Source: a virus (taxonomy: Duplodnaviria; Caudoviricetes). Taken from it: DNA of 64,000 nucleotides. The translations under genes were made by a program, and so were the position numbers. Shown here piece by piece: positions 57,991 through 64,000 of the stretch. The notes beneath the pieces were generated by a model. It worked only from the letters and a program-made list of their open reading frames with translations. It made no database searches and had not been told where the DNA came from. How positions within the stretch are numbered: the first letter of the stretch is position 1; every line of letters starts with the position of its first letter. The stretch lies in the IMG/VR virus record IMGVR_UViG_3300007214_000006; one strand, 5' to 3'.

Positions 57991-58589
57991 CCAAAATAAT
58001 AGCATTTGCTGGACGCAAGCAGTCTGGTAAGACAACATCTGCTGAATTTGTTTTAAATTTATTTAATAGTTTAGTCGCAAATAATCTGAATGATGGTATA
58101 GCTAAAATATATAATTTTGCAGATCCTCTTAAGACTTTATGTATAGACGTACTAGGTTTAGAATACAGACAATGCTATGGATCAGATACTGATAAAAATG
58201 AATTAGTTGACTGTTATTGGGATGGACATCAATTATCAGCAAGAGATGTTATGCAAATTGTGGGTACTGATATTTTTAGGAAAATGAAACAAAACGTATG
58301 GTCTGACGCTACCATTAGAAAAATCTTGAAAGAAAAACCAGATATTGCCATTATAGCAGATTGTAGATTTCCAAACGAAGTAGATGTTATAAAGTCTGTG
58401 AATGGTATCATTATCAAGCTGAATAGAAATCCATATAATTCATGTCATTCTAGTGAAATAGCATTGGATCATAATCAATACGATCAATCTATATTTGATT
58501 TAATCATAGAAAATCAAGATATGAATATAACAGAACAAAATAAAATTATCTATGATTTCATAAAATCAAGGAGCATACTACCATTATAA
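57987..58589 (+). CDS. deoxynucleoside monophosphate kinase
   Basis: FAGRKQSGKTT, FADPLK, RDVMQIVGTDIFR, IADCRFPNE, H.SE. Confidence 0.88.
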   Translation: MTKIIAFAGRKQSGKTTSAEFVLNLFNSLVANNLNDGIAKIYNFADPLKTLCIDVLGLEYRQCYGSDTDKNELVDCYWDGHQLSARDVMQIVGTDIFRKMKQNVWSDATIRKILKEKPDIAIIADCRFPNEVDVIKSVNGIIIKLNRNPYNSCHSSEIALDHNQYDQSIFDLIIENQDMNITEQNKIIYDFIKSRSILPL

Positions 58590-59632
58590 TAACATATTTT
58601 AGATCGTCTAGCTTTAATGCTCATTCTATGTGCGAGCAGCAATATTTTATAGAATATGTTTTGGGTTGGAGAGGACCGTCTGGACAAAAGGCGGACAAAG
58701 GAACAATAGTACACAAAGTGCTAGAAGTATTAGCCGTTATTAAAAAAGCTAAACAAGATAATTTAACATTTATATGCGATGATATCATTGGTAATATTGA
58801 TATAAATAACTATAATCTTGATAATTTAATAGATATAATATACAACCATTACTCACTATCAGCAAAACATCATAAATGGTATCCAAAAGACAAAAAAGAC
58901 TGTGCAGAATGGGTTTATAAGGCTATTAATTTTAATGATGGTATGTTCGATCCCAGAAATAGAAATATTTTGGAACCAGAGCAGCATTTTGATTTTACTA
59001 TAAATAAATCTTGGTCACAATATTCTTATAAAACACCAGATGGAGTTATTTCAGGTAATCTGGCCCTAAAAGGAACTATAGACTTAATAACGTTAGTTAA
59101 TGAAAAAACTATAGAAATTATCGATTGGAAAACAGGAAAAAGATTAGATTGGGCTACTGGCCAAGAAAAAACTCAAGAAAAACTAGAAAATGATCCTCAA
59201 TTAAGAATATATCATTATGCTATCAGTCATTTGTATCCTCAGATCGAACATATAATTTTTTCTATATATTTTATAAATGATGGCGGACCATTCTCTATAT
59301 GTTTTGATAAAAATGATCTTCAAAAAACAGAAGATATGCTAAGACAAAAATTTGATATAATAAAGTCTGCAAAAAGGCCAAAATTGCACAAAAGCTGGAT
59401 GTGTAATAAACTATGTCATTTTGGCAAAACAAATTTTTCTGATTCAAGCATATTGCCTATATTAGAATACAGAGATGGGCAAATATGCAAACAGGGCGAA
59501 TTTATGACTAAATGTGAACAAATCAAACATGATTTAGAGTTGCATGGTATGGATTTTGTTGTACAATCATATAAGCATCCAAATCATTCATTTGGAAAAT
59601 ATAAAGCACCAGGAAGTATAGAAGGAGAATAA
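58583..59632 (+). CDS. PD-(D/E)XK exonuclease, Cas4/AddB-like (proposed ATT start; first ATG is at 58628)
   Basis: S.S....C.Q.Y, GTIVHKVLE, LKGTIDL, IIDWKTG, QLRIY and C-terminal Cys cluster; AAGGAG 9 nt upstream of the ATT at 58583. Confidence 0.8.
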   Translation: MIITYFRSSSFNAHSMCEQQYFIEYVLGWRGPSGQKADKGTIVHKVLEVLAVIKKAKQDNLTFICDDIIGNIDINNYNLDNLIDIIYNHYSLSAKHHKWYPKDKKDCAEWVYKAINFNDGMFDPRNRNILEPEQHFDFTINKSWSQYSYKTPDGVISGNLALKGTIDLITLVNEKTIEIIDWKTGKRLDWATGQEKTQEKLENDPQLRIYHYAISHLYPQIEHIIFSIYFINDGGPFSICFDKNDLQKTEDMLRQKFDIIKSAKRPKLHKSWMCNKLCHFGKTNFSDSSILPILEYRDGQICKQGEFMTKCEQIKHDLELHGMDFVVQSYKHPNHSFGKYKAPGSIEGE

Positions 59633-59635
59633 GTA

Positions 59636-61513
59636 ATGGGCGTGATTAAGGAATATGTTCCTTTACACGTCCATTCCTAAGTGACTCATTATTCACTTTT
59701 GGATGGACTAAGTAAACCAGAACAAATAGCTAAACGATGTCAAAAAATAGGAGCAAGCACGTGTGCAATAACGGATCACGGGACCATATCCGGATCCGTT
59801 CAGTTTTATGCTTCTATGAAAAAATACGGAATTAAACCAATCCTAGGATGCGAATTATATATCAGTCATAATGATTGTATGATAAAAAGTCCAGATAATT
59901 CAAAATTAAGTCATTTCATAATTTTAGCTAAAAACTATGAGGGTTGGAAATCTTTAATAAAAATAGTATCTAAAACAAATACTCCTGATGTATTTTATCA
60001 TAAGCCAAGAATAGATATAGATACTTTGTTACCATACCTGGATGGCAATATTATTGGTTTTGCTGGTCATCTCGGTTCTGTTATAGCTAACGCCATAAAA
60101 GACCAGGATTCGAACTATACAATCAATTTGATTCAAAAATTAAAAGATGGTTTTGGTGAGAATAATTTTTTTCTTGAGTCTCAACTAATAGATCAAGAAC
60201 AAAATATTGATCAAATTAATTTAACAAAAGAAGTTAGAAGACTGGCACAGATCACAAAAACAAAAGTCATAGCTACTCCAGATGCTCATTATTGCGAATC
60301 TGATGATGCTGTTGATCAAAGAATTTTATTATGCAATAATTTAAAAACAACATTAACAGAGATAAATAGAAAGCTTATTGCAGATGAAGAGGCTCCTATG
60401 TCATGTTTTTTTAAATCTGATAAGTATCATATTCCAAATTTTGACGAAATGAATAATATACATTCTACAGAAGAGCTGTATAATACGATAGAATTAGCAA
60501 ATATGTGCGAAGATTATGATATTACAAATAAGCCAATGCTGCCTTTATTTAAATGTCCTAATTCTGATACTCCAGATGCATATCTTAGGCAATTATGTCG
60601 TAATGGATGGAAAGAAAAAATAGCCAATAATATACCTTCAAATATACAGGAAGAATATGTTGATAGAATCAAATACGAATTATCTGTTTTACAGGGCGCT
60701 GGGTTGTCCAGCTATTTTTTAATAGTGCAGGACATAGTGAACTATGTATCTTCTAATGGGTGGCTTCCTGGTCCCGGAAGAGGTAGCGCTGCTGGTTGTC
60801 TTGTGTCTTATCTAATAGGAATAACAAGTATAGATCCGATAAAAAATAATTTAATTTTTGAAAGATTCTATAATGCAGGAAGGAATACGAGCGACAGAGT
60901 TTCTATGCCAGATATAGATGTTGATGTTCCGATCAACAAACGAGAAGCTGTAGTAGAATATATAAAAAATAAATATGGCCATGATAAAGTGTCTCAAATG
61001 ATTACTTTTAATACGATGAAAGGTCGTGGCGCTCTTAAAGAAGTCCTTAGAGTTTATGGAAATATATCTTTTGACGAAATGAATAAAATTACAAAATACA
61101 TACCAGATGAAGCAAAAATAGCGGATGAATTACAAGAAATGAAAGAAGAAACAGGAGAGGCGTCCATTATTAGATGGGCTTTAGAAAATAATGTTGACAA
61201 ACTCAAGGAATGGTGTTATTTATTAGATGACGGTACGCTCGCCGGACCGCTTGCTAAAAGATTCGAACAAGCAATTAGACTAGAAGGAACCAAATCTAAT
61301 CAGTCAAAGCATGCTGCTGGAGTCGTTATATCTCAAGAAAAATTATCGGAGATTTGCCCAATGGTTTATGATAGTAAAAATAAACAGCTAATAGCAGGAA
61401 TGGAAATGCAAGATCTAGAATCTTTAGGTGTAATCAAATTTGATATCCTAGGCATAGCCATGTTAGATAAAATTATGAATATTTCACAAATATTAGCTAA
61501 AGAAGGAGTTTAA
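59636..61513 (+). CDS. dnaE: DNA polymerase III alpha, N-terminal part (PHP plus palm), with an in-frame TAA at 59678-59680
   Basis: MGVIKEYVPLHVHS*VTHYSLLDG, AITDHG, KPILGCE, DAHY, GPGRGSAAG, FERFYN, MPDIDVD, HAAGVVI, KFDILG. Confidence 0.9.
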
Positions 61514-61514
61514 A

Positions 61515-61694
61515 ATGAATAAAGTTTTTTCAGAATTAGCTATCGGAGATAGATTTGAACTAAATGGAAATAGTTATATTAAAATTCAAGAAGTAAGAGT
61601 TAGTTGTTGCAGATCAATAAATGCTCAGGACGCAAATAATCCGTCGAGCAAAACGTTTGTGCAAGCAACAACCACGGTGACAGTTAATGCCTAA
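61515..61694 (+). CDS. 59-aa hypothetical protein between the dnaE halves (not in ORF track)
   Basis: MNKVFSELAIGDRFELNGNSYIKIQEVRVSCC...; AAGGAG RBS; stop overlaps the next gene. Confidence 0.7.
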   Translation: MNKVFSELAIGDRFELNGNSYIKIQEVRVSCCRSINAQDANNPSSKTFVQATTTVTVNA

Positions 61695-62388
61695 TTTTCA
61701 AAAAATATGTGTGTTTGATATGGAAACTGACGGGGTTAACCCTGATCAGTGTAGTCCTGTGCAGATTGCTGCTGTTATTGTAGATCCAATAAAACTAGAA
61801 ATAGTTAAAGATTCCGAATTTAATATTAATTTAAAGCCAGAATTATTAGAAAATAATATAAGTTACAAATATGAAGATAGTGATGTTCTTGACTTTCATT
61901 CAAAAGTACGAGGTTGCTCCAAGTCTTCTATATTAGAATCTTGGGGCAAATACCAATCACAAGAGGCTGGTTGGAAAATGTTCGTTTCGTATCTTGAAAT
62001 GTATCATACAAAGTCTAACGGAACTAAAAAATCCTGCTTTTCTGCACCAATAGCTGCTGGCTTTAATATAAATAAATTTGATTTACGAATTATAGAGAGG
62101 CTTAGTGTAAAATATAATTCTCTAAATAAAGAAGGCAGATCCTCGTTGTTTTATCCCAGAGATGTAATTGATGTAATGAATCTTTTATTTTATTGGTTTG
62201 AATATAATAATGAACTTAAAAACTATACACTAGATAATCTAAGAGATTATTTGGGTATAGATAAAACTAATGCTCATGATGCATTAAAAGATGTGAAGGA
62301 CACAGCCAATATCATGATAAGGTTTTTAAAATTGCATAGAAACCTGTCTAATAAAGTTAAATTTAAAGGATCTTTTGTAAATGCCTAA
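61687..62388 (+). CDS. DEDDh 3'-5' exonuclease (DnaQ/epsilon-like)
   Basis: VFDMETDG, AGFNINKFD, IDVM, AHDALKDV. Confidence 0.88.
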   Translation: MPNFQKICVFDMETDGVNPDQCSPVQIAAVIVDPIKLEIVKDSEFNINLKPELLENNISYKYEDSDVLDFHSKVRGCSKSSILESWGKYQSQEAGWKMFVSYLEMYHTKSNGTKKSCFSAPIAAGFNINKFDLRIIERLSVKYNSLNKEGRSSLFYPRDVIDVMNLLFYWFEYNNELKNYTLDNLRDYLGIDKTNAHDALKDVKDTANIMIRFLKLHRNLSNKVKFKGSFVNA

Positions 62389-63997
62389 ATGGTCTTTTGA
62401 TTGCGGATGTTGTTTTGATATCATTGAGAATAATGGAGAGAAACATAAGTTATTATTTTCTCCAAAAATTGAATCTATAAATTTATGTTGCGCTAAAACA
62501 TGGGAATTGATTTCTTCTGGAAACACTAAAGGATGTTTCCAGTTAGAATCTAGATTAGGCCAAATGATGGCTAAAAAATTAAAACCAGAAAATATAGAAC
62601 AATTATCTGGACTAATCAGTATACTTAGGCCGGGATGCCTAGAAGCAATAAGAGATGGGAAAAGCGTAACAAACCATTATATAGATAAAAAAAATGGTCT
62701 GGAATCTATTAATTATTTCCATGAGGCTCTGGAGACCTCATTAAGTACCACCTACGGGGAAATGATATACCAAGAACAGGCTATGTCTATCGCAAAAGAT
62801 TTGGCTGGATTCGATTTACAAGAAGCAGATTCTTTAAGAAAAGCTATCGGAAAAAAGAAACCAGAAGAAATGGCAAAAGTTAAACAAAAATTTTTAGATG
62901 GCACAAAAAAACTTAATATAGTCAATCAAAAAGAAGCAGAAGAAATCTTTGGATGGATAGAAAAAAGTCAAAGATATTCATTCAATAAATCTCACGGTAT
63001 TTCATATGCTATGAACGCATATTTATCGGCGTATGCTAAAGCCCATTTTCCGGAAGCCTTTTTTGTTTCTTATTTAAAATTTGCTAAGGACAAAATAGAC
63101 CCACAACAAGAAATCAAAGAATTAATTAAAAATGCCACGGAAATGGATATAAATATCTGTCTGCCAGATTTAAGACTACAAAACTCTAATTTCGGAATCT
63201 TTAATAATAAAATTTATTTTGGTTTAACAGACATAAAGGGTGTTGGGGACTCAGTGTTTGCTAAATTATCGGATATATGTAAAAATATTGATCTATATAA
63301 AATATCATGGACTGAACTGCTTATCAAAATTTTATTAAATATAAATTCCACAGCGGCTAAAGCTTTGATTTCTAGCGGAGCAATTGATTATCTTAATAAA
63401 AATCGTACAGAAATGTTGTTTGATCTAGAAATAATAAGCTCTCTTACTAAAAAAGAATTAGAATACATTGCGCCTATACTATCGAACACCATTACCTTAA
63501 AAGATATTATGAGTTATCTTATTAATTACTCAAAAGTGAATACAAAAAGAAAACAAGCAATACAAAGCTTATTGCAAACTATTAAAAATCCGCCGTATTC
63601 CTTAATAGATAAAATAGAATGGTTAGCAGATACGGAGTCATCTTTATTGGGTACGGCGATCTCTTGCTCAAAATTAGACACATATGACATAGAAATGACA
63701 AACACAGATTGCAAAACATTTAAAACTACAAATAGTATTTCTAATATTATAATGGCTGGAGAAATTACTAATATTAATATTATAAAAACAAAAAAAGGAA
63801 AATTATCCGGTCAAGAAATGTCTTTTGTCTCAATAGAAGATCAAACTGGTTCTCTAGATTCTGTGATATTTTTTCCAGAAATCTATGCAAAATATAAACA
63901 CCATTTATTCGAAAATAATATTTTAATATTTGTGGGAAATAAGAGCAAAACAAAGGATGGTTTGATTGTGGATAAGTGTTTTGTGCCTAGGTCTTGA
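62381..63997 (+). CDS. dnaE: DNA polymerase III alpha, C-terminal part (fingers, HhH, OB fold)
   Basis: TWELI..G.TKGCFQLES, LRPG, TYG.MIYQEQ, LRKAIGKKK, YSFNKSH, FGLTDIKGVG, TKKG..MSF..IED. Confidence 0.92.
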   Translation: MPKWSFDCGCCFDIIENNGEKHKLLFSPKIESINLCCAKTWELISSGNTKGCFQLESRLGQMMAKKLKPENIEQLSGLISILRPGCLEAIRDGKSVTNHYIDKKNGLESINYFHEALETSLSTTYGEMIYQEQAMSIAKDLAGFDLQEADSLRKAIGKKKPEEMAKVKQKFLDGTKKLNIVNQKEAEEIFGWIEKSQRYSFNKSHGISYAMNAYLSAYAKAHFPEAFFVSYLKFAKDKIDPQQEIKELIKNATEMDINICLPDLRLQNSNFGIFNNKIYFGLTDIKGVGDSVFAKLSDICKNIDLYKISWTELLIKILLNINSTAAKALISSGAIDYLNKNRTEMLFDLEIISSLTKKELEYIAPILSNTITLKDIMSYLINYSKVNTKRKQAIQSLLQTIKNPPYSLIDKIEWLADTESSLLGTAISCSKLDTYDIEMTNTDCKTFKTTNSISNIIMAGEITNINIIKTKKGKLSGQEMSFVSIEDQTGSLDSVIFFPEIYAKYKHHLFENNILIFVGNKSKTKDGLIVDKCFVPRS

Positions 63998-64000
63998 CAT

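Noticed and set aside
58583-59632. cas4 as part of a CRISPR-Cas locus
   Set aside because: No cas1/cas2 or array; it sits in the replication operon, as is usual for phage Cas4-like exonucleases.
1-64000. Alternative genetic code (stop-codon reassignment)
   Set aside because: Conserved genes are full length in code 11, and TAA, TGA and TAG all end genes at expected positions; the dnaE TAA is an isolated case.
1-64000. Eukaryotic giant virus or bacterial chromosome origin, suggested by the many GTs, collagen and exostosin
   Set aside because: Shine-Dalgarno sites, overlapping operons, sigma factor, DnaE/DnaB/DnaG/RecA and PhoH, together with many small hypotheticals and no housekeeping or ribosomal genes, fit a large bacteriophage. 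No capsid or terminase gene is in the window, so this remains an inference.
1-64000. tRNA or rRNA genes
   Set aside because: Intergenic gaps are short and AT-rich, and no cloverleaf or T-loop GTTCRA context was found by eye; tRNAscan-SE would confirm.

Overview
This is an AT-rich, densely coding fragment of a large tailed dsDNA bacteriophage in the standard genetic code. All recognisable genes are on the + strand except one partial gene at the left edge. Layout: (1) 1-13.7 kb is a glycosylation/methylation cluster (several glycosyltransferase families, epimerase, FkbM methyltransferases) that also carries a macrodomain, a nucleoside deoxyribosyltransferase-like gene and guaC. (2) 13.7-19 kb holds conserved phage hypotheticals, a sigma-70-like factor, ClpP and a DeoC-like barrel that has lost its catalytic lysines. 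(3) 19-37.4 kb holds very large, probably virion-surface proteins with Thr/Pro linkers: FGE-sulfatase-fold domains in reversed half order, an Asp-box propeller, a Nal1-type protease fused to a propeller, a subtilase with an embedded plant-type 2Fe-2S ferredoxin, and a (Gly-X-Gln)n collagen. (4) 37.5-46 kb holds membrane/holin-like genes, a papain-like peptidase and more glycosyltransferases. (5) 46-64 kb holds nucleotide metabolism and replication genes (dCMP deaminase, nrdB/nrdA, dUTPase, PhoH, RecA, DnaB, primase, dNMP kinase, Cas4/AddB-like nuclease, DnaE). The DnaE polymerase is split into two intein-less genes around a DEDDh exonuclease, and its first PHP motif is interrupted by a 9-nt in-frame insert containing TAA. 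A recurrent GGTGTAT(A/T)A motif is a candidate phage late promoter. No tRNA, rRNA or CRISPR array was seen. All family calls come from motifs recognised by eye; no database search was run.
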